Source of the DNA: Marsupella aquatica | Taxonomy: Eukaryota > Plantae > Marchantiophyta | Assembly (NCBI GenBank): GCA_973895155.1 | Contig: OZ316895.1 | Location: 16,126,816 to 16,190,815, forward strand | Reading direction: 5' to 3' | Length of the DNA stretch: 64,000 bases | Part shown: positions 40,171-53,164 of the stretch, in pieces | Layout of the letters: each line of letters begins with the position of its first letter | How positions within the stretch are numbered: position 1 is the first letter of the stretch | Position numbers and translations under genes: made by a program | The notes under the pieces: generated by a model | The model's input: the letters and a program-made list of their open reading frames with translations, nothing else | Databases searched by the model: none | Told to the model about the DNA's origin: nothing

Positions 40171-41914
40171 TATGGGCAGGAGAAAAAATTAGAGGTATTG
40201 GATTGATGGACCCTCAAAATGGAAAATGATATATGTTGGGACCCTGAGTTTTTAGGTATGTTGATTGAAGGTCTATTGATGGTCTGGATCACTCCAGGGG
40301 TCCCATCAGATATCATCATATGGGGATCCATAAAACACATACCTTCAAAAAACTACCAGCCCAAAACTAGGTTCAGACTTTGGTCAAAAGTGGAAAAGCC
40401 ATGTATTGGTAAGTCCATCACCTTTGATCCCTCAAAACCTGTGTGACCCTGACCAGACCCCAAAGCAAGAAGTTTGAGATGCCCTAGTAGAGCCCAATCT
40501 CATAAAAACTGTCCTTAAGCAAACCCAAAACCTATAAATTGGCTTGGTGGGAACCTGAGCCAACCTTGACTTGGTGAGACCCATAACAATGTTTGTCTTT
40601 TTTGTCTTTTGAACTCATGCGTTAACAAGTAAAAGGCAATAACACAGATAGGTTAGTCTCATCAAAGTCTCATCAGTTTATTAGGCACTCCCATCAGTTG
40701 TTGTTAATGGTCTTCTAGAATTGGAATCTCTATCAGGAACGGCCATCAGCTGAATTTCCTCTCAGCAGCCTTCCTGAGCTAAAAACTTTTCACTCAGCTG
40801 ACCTGGATGAGTCACTTTTTCACTTGACAACCTTGCTCAGTTGGAAACTTTTCCACTTGGATAACCTCTCTAATACTCCTCTGAGTCACTTTTTCACTCA
40901 ATGGCCTTGTAGAGTGAAAATTAATTGGGAAATTTCCACTTGGCTGACCTTTTTGAGCCAGTTTCAACTTGGCAGCCACGCTGAGTAGGAAGGGTCCACA
41001 CGCATATGACTGATGAGAGCGACTGATGCTAGATACCGACTAAAGCTAGATACCTGCAACTAATAGCTGATGGGGTTGCAACACTGATGTCAAAGGGAAA
41101 CTTTGTTTTGCTCTTGGTGAGGCCCAACCAGCCTGCAACGTCAGCAATATTTTAGCAGTGGGAAAAAGAAAGAAAAGAACATAGAGTAATGGGAAAACAG
41201 CGATAGGGAAGGGTAGGGTTAAGATTCTATCTTGTACACTGGAGTCAAGCATAGGGAAGCGGCAGAGCAGAGAGAGTGCGGCGGTACTTTTGTCAATAAA
41301 GCCCCTAAGTCGTTAATCTATGTGGTAAAGAGGGATCGTTTGAGATTCAAGTAAAAATGAGACCTAAGCGTATAATGTGACTGGGCTTTTACATGCAAGT
41401 TTGGCTAAACGCAATGAAAAGTACTCAGTGCCTCAGAATGGCTTTGAGTCACCTCCTTTGGCCTGGTCTTAGTAAAGGAGACTCTCCTATGTGCATAATT
41501 GGAGTTGACCTTGTCATCCAATAAGAACTTGAAACAAACATTAAACAATGCTCCAAAACAACAAACTTCATTCGACTATTGGATAAACGATTTATTGGTC
41601 AAAAGAGGCTTATAAGTACGAAGGAAACCAAGCTACTCAACGTGATAAGATCCCTACAAAGTAGTATTCACAAGCACACTGTGCCTTGCCAATGCAAAAG
41701 TCAAACCCCAAGGGAAAATACAATTTAAAAACTCAAGAGACTTTAAAGGAGAGCTTGACCCCTCCTAGAAATAGCAACATTCTTTGGTTTCCTTAAAGTG
41801 TACCATTGCGAGGGACAACGTGTCAGATACGACTATCAGGTATTTCGATCGGAGAATTTCTAACAGTACCTCCTAGTTTTGTTTCCTTGTTAACCTATTC
41901 TTTAGGCAAAATTT

Positions 41915-42411
41915 GAGGGATATGCTTAATAGACACCCTCCTGGATATAGTTTGCTTGATCAACCCCCTGGAAACATTTTTGCCCCAATCGACCCCCTCT
42001 TTATGATCCGTACCCTTTGTTCTTCTATAAGTTATTATAGAGTGAGTTTCTGCCTTATAAAGACCAAATTGGGTCACTTGTCACTGTAGCCATTTGAACC
42101 ATGAACTATGCTCAGAATCACAGTGACCGAGCGTTGTCAAGCCGCAACCGTTCCCGGGTCGCAAACTGAACCGTAGGCGTTGAATGTTTGTGCCGCTTAT
42201 ACATCGACATTAGGGTTATTCTCATCCGAAGACATTGACATGAATGTCGTGACCCAATTTGGTCTTTATAAGGCAGAAACTCACTCTATAATAACTTATA
42301 GAAGAACAAAGGGTACGGATCATAAAGAGGGGGTCGATTGGGGCAAAAATGTTTCCAGGGGGTTGATCAAGCAAACTATCTCCAGGAGGGGGTCTATTGA
42401 GCATATCCCTC
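41915..42411. mobile_element. Non-autonomous Mutator-like element with 163-bp TIRs and 10-bp TSD GGCAAAATTT
   Basis: 41915-42077 is the near-perfect reverse complement of 42249-42411; TSD at 41905-41914 and 42412-42421. Confidence 0.93.
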
Positions 42412-43340
42412 GGCAAAATTTTCTATGATTCTCCTCATAGGGTGACATTTGCATAAATAAGAAACACTTGGGTACATTTCAAATTTTATTGGATTCTATC
42501 CAGTGTATGATCAGCTGCTTTTAAACTAGGGGGTGACAGAAATTATGTTTACATAAAAAAATCCTGCGCAAAGCCCTAAAATCCGTCAAGATCTGGCAGA
42601 AAATTGACACCTTTTGCATTATCTATTCAAATTAGGATATCATAGATAAGGCAATGTTTCTAAAATTGTTGCTAAGCTTGTCCAGCCCCTACCCTTCTGT
42701 TGCCATCAATTGATATTTCTAACCCTCCATTCTCCTCATACACTTCTTGCCCCACTCTTCCCCAAGCCTGTCCCTCCCTTCCATATCTTTTTCTCTTTCC
42801 TTTCCTCAAAATTCATTGCTCCTTTGCCCTAGAACATAATAGATCAAGTGTATACCCCTTCACTTCTCTCTCCTCCACTCATCCTTTCTATATTCCAAAC
42901 GAACATTTCTCTTTCTAAGGGGCCTCACTTTATGAAGCCCCTGCAACATTTGTAGGTCTCTTATACAGACCCTAAAACTTAAGAAAACAAAGTTTGTTTG
43001 TAATTTTACCCTGTTAATTTGGAGTCTTCTTAAATTTGGTTTTTAAAACCCAGTCTTTATATACAAGTCTCAATATTGGATCTCAAAGATCCTAATTTGT
43101 TTCACAAAAACTTTGAAGTCTTTTGGTAGACCAATTAGATGACCCTATGATGTGTTGCATGTGATGTGCCATTTTGTGGAAGAGAGGCCCCCAAGGTCTC
43201 CATCACCACCTACCTTGTACTAGGGCCCCAACCCAGGGTCCGACTGCTGACCTTTTTTCTGGTAGTTTTTGTCATCTGCCTTGTAACGCACTCACTGCCT
43301 CCGGCACCCGTGGCTCTCAAGCAATCGCCTGTTGTCCCTA

Positions 43341-43656
43341 GGTTGCAACAAAGGCCTCGGGGGGTTAACTTAGTGTATATTTTGGGGTACCACGTGCGAT
43401 CCTAGCCTAATATAAACACACCTATTTTATAATGGGAATATTCCAAAAACATTCTCTATTTTCAATATTAATGACCTATTTTACTTTATAAAAGGTATAT
43501 ATTAGAGAATATTCTATAAATACTGGTCTATAATACCTTCTTTTGCTTCCTACGCTTTTAAAAAATTTAACTAATTTCTATGAAAAATACTTATTTTGGA
43601 TCACACGTGGTTCCTAAGATTTTTGATAGTCAACCCCCCGAGACAAAGGCACAACC
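43341..43656. mobile_element. Degenerate MITE/foldback element
   Basis: ctcggggggttaact...accacgtgcgatcc inverted against ggatcacacgtggt...agtcaaccccccgag; AT-rich core; no clear TSD. Confidence 0.6.
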
Positions 43657-45565
43657 AGCGTGCCGCCAAAATGGCATCTAAGGACCCCCCATACGGTGCT
43701 GAACTTCAAGTTGAAAGCCAACCATCCTCCCCTAACACTTTCCCCGTGAAATACATTATTTAGTGTTTAGCACTACTCTTTGATGTACTGCAGTAAAAGA
43801 AATATAGACTAATCTGAACTGACACAATAGTCTGATGTCTGATAGCTTGGTGGGGATTCTTAAACATGTACTCCCCTCATACACATTTTTGGGGATTTGC
43901 CTCCCTTGGTCAGCTTTGGACCTGTATCTAGTCGCAATGATGACCTCTGGCCCTTAACTCTTTTGGTGATGCTTCTTATTCAGCTACTTATAGCATTGTG
44001 AGCTCATGGTGCTACTAAGAACATCCACTGCTGACCACCTTGCTTAAGGTGCCTTCTTAAAGTTAGGAGGTGTTGCGATGAATCCAAGACATACATAGGA
44101 AAGACAAATGAGTTGATCTACAATATATTTATGCAACAATGCTATACATCACAACATGTGAATGCTTTTGTTGTTGCCCTTACAAAGCTGATTTCTAAAG
44201 CAAAAGAAATAAACACACTGGATTGCCCTAAAAACAAGATGGTTGCCTTCTATTATTATAAAACATATTGAGGGGCACTATGAATGGAAGGCCTGCCCTG
44301 GTGGTCTGTACTGAGAAGGCCTTTGGAATAAACAAGAGCTCTGCTGCCCTTTCCTCAGTTCTTTGAAAGAATGGAAAACCTTCAGTGTTGTGTTTGCAGT
44401 GCCAGCACAAAGTTGTAGAGTCTGCAAATATGCGTGAAGTACTTGCGCAAATCAGGGCATTGTGCTCAAAGAGTGCCTGGGCACTCTAATCTGAGTGGCT
44501 GCTTCCATGTGTTCTAAATACCTACACCTGAAGTTGTCACACAACCTGCAGCTGTCATGCAACCTGAAGTTGTCAATGCACCTCAAACACAAGCCCTTAG
44601 CTCAAACACAAGCCCTTAGCTCAAACACAACAGTCTCTGTTTGAGCAAAAAAAAACATCATTGTTAACATACCCCAGTTTTGTCAACTAATTTGAAAATA
44701 CTACCTCTATGTTTAGGAAGACAAATCCTTTTGATGTTAGTCAAAATGGGGTCTAGTTTAGTTTCATGGCCCACAGAGGACATTATGGCCCATGTATGCC
44801 TCCCAGGAAATCAAGACAACTACAACGCAGCATTGATGAACTTGAATTTGGTCTTCGTCCGTGGGCGCATAGTGAGGTCCCCATCGCTTTGAATGACAAT
44901 CATGAAGAGGAATGATGAGGAAACTAAGAATGCAGCCGAGGCCTACCCGGGCACAATTAGCTCCCACACCCAGACTCCAGAACAGAACAGGTGGCTCCAA
45001 CACATGATGCCCAGCAGATTCCACCCCAACTGGGACGACACTGAGTCAACCAAAGCTTCTCCGACTGACAGAAGCGCACGTACAGACAGAAACTGACTAG
45101 CGCTGGACCTTAGAGTTTCAATTTCTACCTTAAACTTTGGTTTAGGTGGTTTAGGTGGCACACGAGACAGTGGCAGTTCATTTTGTTGTTCTTACATTTG
45201 TTTTGGGACTTTGGAGGGGATTCACGATTGGAGGTTCGATAGGGACCCTTGGCCCGACTACTGCTCTCTCCCCTCCGGGATGGTTTTTCTTTGTTGCCCC
45301 CTTTTTTTGGCCATTAGGCCGCTGTGTTCTCCCTCCCGGGTGGTTGTTGCCCCCGGCTCTTTTAAACACTTTATTTAATAAAAAAATTTAAATTTTTAAA
45401 AAGAGTATGGACATCTTTGTTGAAGGAGTGAGACAAAGCAAAAAACAATTCCTACATTGATCGTTTGGTTCTTTCAATTACCAGCATGCAATTGTTCATA
45501 GATTGAAGCATATCTAGCTCATAACCCGTGCCTGTGCATGCCATGGGTCACGATCTCCGATGTAC

Positions 45566-46160
45566 AGAGCATGGGTCCACTGCTAGAGTTATCCAAGCAT
45601 GGGTCCATTGCAAAATTTATACAAGCACAGGTCCACTGCTAAATTTATCCAAGCATGGGCCCAATGCTAAAATGAAACCAAGCATAAGTGTGCTACTAAA
45701 ATTACTGGAGCAGGGCAATTATGCATATCAACTTTTAAGTACATTGGCACTTAAGATGTACTGCCACTGTTTTTTTGTATTTATAAAAATGCCACAGTTT
45801 CAGTATATAGTTCCCCTGTTACTTTGGTAGACTTGTCATCTATGTATCAAACAATGTCATTTTTAGAAATACACAAAAAAACAGTGGCATTATTGTCAAT
45901 TAGAACATCTTTAGTGGAAAAGTGTTTTAAAGTTGTTACGCATATATGGGTCTGTTGCTAAAACTGAGCATGGATCCACTCCTAAAATTAGTGGAGCATT
46001 CATTTGCTAGAATTAGTTGAGCATGGATGTCCTCTTAAATTTAGCTAAGCGTGGGTCCACTACTAAAATTAGCCTAAGCGTCCACTACTAAAATTAGCCT
46101 GAGCTAGGGCCAACATGCATGGGTTTGCTACTAACATTTAGCCGACCATGGGTACATTTA
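45566..46160. repeat. Degenerate ~28-bp tandem array (agcatgggtccactgctaaaatttatcca) interrupted by a foldback insert
   Basis: About 5 units before 45718 and about 6 units after 45945. Confidence 0.75.
45720..45944. mobile_element. AT-rich foldback MITE
   Basis: tatgcatatcaacttttaa...cacttaagatgt / acatctttagtg...ttaaagttgttacgcata and tgccactgtttttttgtatttataaaaatg / catttttagaaatacacaaaaaaacagtggca are nested inverted repeats. Confidence 0.7.
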
Positions 46161-46991
46161 TAAAACTGAGTTGTTTTTTCATTTGCATTTTGAACCATGA
46201 TTTTTTTTGCACAAAACATGCAGTTATGTGACTGGCCTGGTGTGAGTTTTTCTGTCCCAACTGTTCACTTTTGCAAGGGAACCCTGTGCCTTAAATCCTA
46301 GTTTTTAATCTTCACAATGTGTCCGGTAGCACAAAAGGGATCTCCCATGGACCTCCCAATTACTGACCTAAAGGCCTAGCAATCAACTATGGGTCTTTAG
46401 CACCTCGGTTTAGCACAAGGTGCAACTAGCACCCCTCAAGGTCACCACCCCTTAGGATGACATTGAGCTTTGGAAGCCACCTACCTTCCCATACTTCTAC
46501 TTAGATTGTCAACTTAAGGCTTTCCCCACAAGTAGCCAGCACACTAGCCTGGGTAGTAACTTGAAGGGGATTGTCAACTTGATTTCAAGGTCTTTGATGG
46601 GCAGGTGAAGGTACATCGCTCATATATGCTTCCAAGGACATGCCAGCCCCTGGACCGACTTTGGTTTCTTATCCTTGGCCCCCAATCGAATGGCTTCACA
46701 ATGTCCGTTTGGCACGCCCTCTTATTTCAGGTAAGCATTAGAATGCTGATCAAAACAAGGTCTCATAAATTTCAAACAGAATTTGGTGCTAAATGTTATG
46801 TCCGCATATATTAGTGCTTGGGTCTAGTGGTCCTTGCGTGCCCTGTAACCATTACTCAGGCGAGGGCAGCCAGGCACGAGTCCTTGCGTAACATTTTTGG
46901 GTCCAAACATGGCCTGCACCACTCATTACTACCTCCACTGCGGCGTATCAGTTGAGTTGCGCTCTGGCTCTTCAGTCCAGGTGCAGAGTCC

Positions 46992-47323
46992 TGTTAAACT
47001 ATGACGTCTTCCTTCATGACGATCCAATCATTACTCATTCCATGCACACGTAGTCGACACAATCTCTACGTGGTTCACCTCTTCTCCAAGGTTACGTCCA
47101 CACGAACACTCAAGCTTTACTTCAAGAGTAGACGAACACACATGCTCTCCCTCTTCTTCAAGTTGCTCCGTTACAATGAGTAAGCACCACACACCAGCGG
47201 CTTACACTAGCCCTGGTATATACAAGGTCACACACGACTAACCTAACCTCAGCTAAGATCCTAACTTTGGTTAGCCTAAGTGCCGTAACCTATGAGTCAC
47301 AAGACTAAGAGCAATCCTTAACA
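46992..47323 (-). repeat. 3' LTR (332 bp); polypurine tract AGGGGGAGTT adjacent at 47324-47333
   Basis: Direct repeat of 52838-53164; + strand aactccccct follows it. Confidence 0.95.
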
Positions 47324-47527
47324 AACTCCCCCTTGACTCTAGTATTGGGGACTACAATTTCTGCTATCCATATGAGATACTCAGCGGGAAATTCTAGACA
47401 ATCACCTAAAACCATAGGTGTCCCCCTAAAAACCATTTAAGGTTAACTAAGGGTTAACTAGAATTAAGCCGTAGCCATAACAGGATTGAGTAACCCATAT
47501 ACAGAAATTACATATTGTTAAGTTACT

Positions 47528-50500
47528 CTACTTGTGTTGCAAATGCAAAACTTGCAAGGTAGCACGGTGTCTTGAGTAACTCTCCAAAAGAATCACTTTG
47601 GTAAAAGCATCAGCCGGGTTGAGCTTTCCATCAATCTTGACTAGCTCAAACATTTTATCAGACACTGCTTGCCTAATAAAATGGTACCTGATGTCAATGT
47701 GTTTCACCCTGCTATCCATAACCTGGTTAATAGCTAGGTGAAGCGCACTCTAGCTGTCACAATGAAGAGCCATTTTTCCATGCTCCAATCCCATCTCAGT
47801 GACAGCTTATCCAACCAAATTGCTTCCTTTGCTGCTTCTGCTGCTGCAACATATTCTGCTTCTGTAGTAGACTGAGATACACACTTCTGCAAGGTAGATC
47901 TCCAACTTATGCATCCTCCTCCAAGAGTAAACACATACCCAGTCGTTGACCTTCTTGTTTCCAGACAGCCTCCGTAGTCAGAATCTACATAGCCAACCAA
48001 ATATTTGGTTTTGTTTGATCTACTATCAAACAACAGACCATAGTCTATGGTGCCCTTAAGATACCTGAGAATCCACTTCACAGCCTCCCAATGTACCTTC
48101 CCTAGATTTGACATGAATCTACTCACTTTGCCCATTGCTAGGGCTATATCAGGCCTGGTACATGTCATCAAATACATTAGATTGCCCACTGCCTTCTCAT
48201 AAGGAACCTTAGTCATCAAGCCTCTCTCAACTGGATCCGTGGGGCAGAAAGCCGATGATAACTTGAAATGTGGAGCCAAAGGAATACTTACTGGCTTACA
48301 ATTTTCCATGTTGAATCTTGCAAGTACCTTTTCAGCATACTTGCCTTGATTCAGCCACAACTGTCCAGTTTCAAAGTTCCTCGTAATCTCCATACCTAAG
48401 ATCCTCTTGACTTTCCCAAGATCCTTCATTCGGAATTCAAACTCAATTTTGCTTTGAGTTTGTCAACCTCAGTTTGATCCTTAGCCGCAATCAACATGTC
48501 ATTCACATAGAGCACCAGAATGAGCACACCAAACACACCATTCTTGACTGATTTTGTATACACACAAGGGTCATACACCATCCTAGTCAATCCTTGTGGA
48601 AGCATGAAATCATCAAACCGCTTATTCCACTGTCGAGGAGCTTGCTTCAATCCATACAAGGACTTAAGTAACCTGCAAACTAAACTCTCTTGGCCCTTCT
48701 TCACAAAGCCCAGTGATTGCCTCATGAAAATTTGTTCCTCCAAGGTGCCATAGAGAAAAGCAGTAACAACATCCATTTGATCTAACACCAGATAAAAAAA
48801 CACAACAAGTTGACACAAAATTCGTATCGTGGAATACTTGGCAACTGGAGAGAAGACCTCATTGTAATTCACTCCCTTCTCTTGAGTGAATCCCTTGGCA
48901 ACAAGCCTTGCCTTGTATATCTTGTCTCCTCCATCTGAAGAGTTATCCTTCAGCTTGTAAATCCACTTGCTATCCACCACTTGTTGATCACCTGGCAGTT
49001 GCACTAGCTTCCATGTTCTGTTGTCACTTAAAGATTGCAACTCCCTCTGCATCGCTGCATTCCATTCATCTTTCTCGTCTGAAATGCACGCCTCATGATA
49101 AGAAGAAGGTTCTCCTTCTTCCAAGATCAGTGCTCTGTCATCATCATTAGGTGCAATGTCAACATCATCTAACCTTGATGAATCTGTCCATTGTCCATAC
49201 CTTGTAGGAGCTTGAGTAGTACGTCTCGATTTTCTAGCTGATGATTCTGGTTGATCTTGTTCTGTTGGATGAATTTGAGGTATTCCAACAACAGCCTGCT
49301 CCTCTTGTTCCATTACCGGAACCAGCTCCATTCTCAGAGCACCTCATTTATTTATGTCCTGAAAACTCTCATGACCAATCTCCCCCACAACATGGTCCAG
49401 GATAGGAGATTTACCTTTGTTAGTATGGGAAGCCTGAGCATTCTCCCCCTCCTTTGATGATCTGGATTCATTGAAGGATACATCTCTACTGACAAGCATT
49501 GTACAAGCTTTTGGATCCCATAGTCTGTAACCTTTCACACCTGGTTGATAACCAAGAAAAAGACACTTCTTGGAAGTAGAATCTAATTTAGATCGATTCT
49601 GCTTAGGTGTGAGAGCATATGCATCACTTTCAAAGACTCTCAAAACCTGATAGTCTGCGTGCCGTGCATGCCTCATTTCAAACGGTGTCTTGAAATTGAT
49701 TGCACTGAAAGGAGAAAGATTTACCAAATAAGTGGCCGTATTTACAGCTTCAGCCCAAAATTCATGTGGTAAACCTGATTGGCTCAACATACTCCTTGAT
49801 CGCTCCAATAGTGTTTGGTTCAGTCGCTCACAAACACCATTCTGTTGAGGAGTATAAACTATCGTGAGATGACGAGTAATCCCTTGCTCTGCACAATATA
49901 GTTCAAATTCACTTGAATTGTACTCCCCGCCGTTATCTGATCGCAGATATCTCACCTTGGATCCAATCTGATTCTCAATTTGGACTTTCCACTTCTTAAA
50001 AGTGCCAAAAACTTCAGACTTTGCGTGTAGAAATATGATTTACACATACCATGAGTAATCATCAATGAACGTGACATAGTACAATTTTCCAGAAAGTGAG
50101 GGAGTTGGGGTTGGCCCCACACATCACTATGTACATACTCAAGTATAGCTTTGGTATTGTGAGTTCCAACACCAAAGGTTCTCCCATACTGCTTCCCAAA
50201 CACATAGTGTTCACAAAAATCTAGCTTAGTAGATTCCAAATTAGAAAGAAGTCCTTTCCTGCGAAGTACCGCCAAACCTTTTTCACTCATGTGTCCCAAT
50301 CTGCAGTGCCACAACTGAGTCATCTCGCCTTGAGATCAAGTTACATTGGCTTCTTCACAAATCACGTTGCCCTCCAACAAGTATAGATTTCTGTGCCGCT
50401 TACCCTTCATGACAACCTTGCCTCCGGTTGACACTTGAAGAATATCATCAGCTAAACTCCACAGACATCCATTTGCTTCTAGCATTCCAAGAGAAATCAA

Positions 50501-51652
50501 GTTCTTTTTCATGTCAGGTATGTGTCGGACATTACTCACTGTTCGCACAGCTCCATCAAACATCCAAATTTTCACGGATCCAATTTCAATAATTTGACAA
50601 GGATGATCATTCTCCATCAACACGGAACCGGTTGATACTGAATAAGAAGTAAAAAAACTCTTTCATACAACAAATATGATAGGTACACGCACAATCTAAA
50701 ATCCATTCATCACCGTTGTTATTGGATGAAATGCAAAGGGCAACATCTGGACTTCACAAGATTTCATCATCGAGCAAGTCAATCATATCAACATCAGTGG
50801 CTGCATTCGCTGATGGTTGATGAGTCTGCTTGACTCAACAGTCTCGTTTTATGTGGCCAGGCTTGTTACATTTCCAGCATATAATTGGTTTTCTTTCTAG
50901 ATATTTCTCTTTAGACCTGGATCTAGACTTAGACCGAGCCTTATCCTTGCCTCTATTCCGTGAGGGGTACGTTTGTGAAAAGAACCGGTTTTCGTCAGTC
51001 ATCCGTTGTTGAGTCCTCCCACGGTTCACATTCAATGCACTGCCAGATGAAGATGGTGTCTGGGCATGACCCAGTTTCTTCTGTGCATCATCTGACAGCA
51101 AAGAGCTTACCACCTCATCATATGAAATGGTTTTGAGGTCTCTATACAAGAGAACTTGCTTCAAACCTTGATACGATGGGGGTAAGGAGCTGAGAAGAAG
51201 CAATGCCTTATCTTCATCTTCCACTCCCTTGCCAAGATTTGACAAATCTACAGCTAGGCTGTCGAATTCATCCAAGTGATCTCGAAGCTTGCCTCCTTCT
51301 TTTAGCCTCAAGCTCATCAAGAGAGACTTCTTGTACAACCAATCTGAGGCATCCTCTCGGTAGTACTTCTCTCTGAGGGCCTTGAATAAGGATACGCAAT
51401 CCTCATAGTCGTCCAGCTTCTTAATGATATGCGGCTTCAGATACAGCATAATCACATTCACAGCGATCACTTGCTCCTGCCTCCATTTCCTCAACGGGAT
51501 CTTCTCCTCACTACTACTCCTCCCGAGTCGATAGCAGATGATCTAGACCCATAGCACGAAGAACCCTTAACCTACTTCTCCCATAGCAAATAATTTGTGC
51601 GCCCATCATACTTTTCCACCTCAAACTTGACACCTCCAAACTTGGATGCCAT
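47528..51652 (-). pseudogene. Copia gag-pol polyprotein with multiple stops and frameshifts
   Basis: MASKFGGVKFEVEKYDG start, zinc knuckle CWKCNKPGHIKRDC, protease WILD, GAG-pre-integrase LWHCRLGH, integrase LRSDNGGEY/PQQNG, RT YKARLVAKG, LYGLKQAPRQW, YVNDML (YVDD mutated), RNase H STTEAEY, KHIDIRYHFIR. Confidence 0.93.
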
Positions 51653-52823
51653 CGTTGCCCTCCCAACGTTCTCCACGTGCTATTGCTTTTTTTTCTTCCT
51701 TCCTTCTCGTTGACTCAAATCCAAATCACGAAAAAATATCATTTTTGGCAACTTTCCAAAAAACTTGAAACTTGTCACCTCCACATAGCCCACCAGTCTA
51801 GCAAGCCAACGCTGAATTTTGAAATTGAAATCGAGGTCCGGCAACGCGTGATGGGCCAGGCAGTGCACAGGGGGTCGGGGAGTAAAAAACCAAGTCGAAA
51901 TGGGCAGGGATGGAGCTGCTACAGCCGGGACGTCTGGGACATCCGCACTGGATGCGACGTCCGGGACGGCCGGGACGTCCGGGATGGGAGTATTAGCGAG
52001 GAGGAGGAGGGGGGTCGCCGACGGGGTATTGACAGGGGTGCAAGGGTCGAGAGGGTGTGTATACACACCACAAAAAAAGGCCCTATTCTAAGGCAAAATG
52101 TGCACAAAAAATAAATTTGTTGGGTTACTCACAATGCCATTATCACTTTACACCAGAAAAAGACTAGTTGTCGACGGGAAATATTATCAAATTGCACCGG
52201 CACCGTTTGCAACTCTAGCAGAGTAAAAAAATTCTCGTCACGACTCCTTCACTCTGTGTCAAGTGCCAATCTTGGACTCAAAACGACCATCGCACCGCGA
52301 TCTCTCTGTTGAGCCGTTGCACTTCTCGTTTCTTCCTTCGAGTCGGACACAACGACAAAAAACCCCGCTTCAGTCAAAAGAAGACTCCATAGCCAGTCAG
52401 AAACTTAGAACGGCTTTTTTGCTTGGTACATCGCACTCACTACTCCCTTGACAGCAAACCAGCTACCGAAATGATCAGCTTTGCCCGATCTACAATTTGA
52501 GCTAAAGGTTGTGACGCCTCGCGCACCACAAAGCTCACACCGTCGAGAAAATGATCTGAGTTCCCCCCGAAAGAACCGTCAAAGAAAACCGTCGAACACG
52601 AATCACAAAAAATCCAGAACGATGGAAACGTAAATTTCTCCGCACCAAGAACTCCGTTCAGAGATTTCTTTGCACTATCGGAAAGCCCTTGCCCCGATCT
52701 ATCCGATGAGCCCAACACCTCCAAGTTCCATGAACATAACTCCGTGAAATCCACCGATACTAACCGCTGGAAAAAATCGTCACCAACACGTCACAAAAAA
52801 ATGTATCGTCTCCTCCCAGGCTT

Positions 52824-52835
52824 GCTCTGATACCA
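52824..52835 (-). other. Primer binding site complementary to initiator tRNA-Met
   Basis: Minus strand TGGTATCAGAGC, 2 nt inside the 5' LTR boundary. Confidence 0.92.
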
Positions 52836-52837
52836 AT

Positions 52838-53164
52838 TGTTAAACTATGATGTCTTCCTTCGTGACGATCCAATCATTACTCATTCCATGCACACGTAGT
52901 CGACACAATCTCTACGTGGTTCACCTCTTCTCCAAGGCTACGTCCACACGAACACTCAAGATTTACTTCAAGAGTAGACGAACACACATGCTCTCCCTCT
53001 TCCTCAAGTTGCTCCGTTACAATGAGTAAGCACCACACACCAGCGGCTTACACTAGCCCTGGTATATACAAGGTCACACACGACTAACCTAACCTCAGAT
53101 CCTAACTGTGGTTAGCCTAAATGCCATAACCTATGAGTAACAAGACTAAGAGCAATCCTTAACA
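52838..53164 (-). repeat. 5' LTR (327 bp)
   Basis: About 9 substitutions and one 5-bp indel versus the 3' LTR (manual count). Confidence 0.95.

Larger units (their letters stand above)
46992..53164 (-). mobile_element. Full-length Ty1/Copia LTR retrotransposon (Tnt1/Tork-like), decayed
   Basis: LTRs 46992-47323 and 52838-53164 (TGTT...AACA), TSD AGTCC on both sides, PBS and PPT present, gag-PR-IN-RT-RH order. Confidence 0.97.

Noticed and set aside
41895-42428. Two ORFs with near-identical peptides on opposite strands
   Set aside because: Artefact of translating both TIRs
47001-53029. Duplicate 60-aa ORFs at 47001 and 52847
   Set aside because: Translations of the two LTRs
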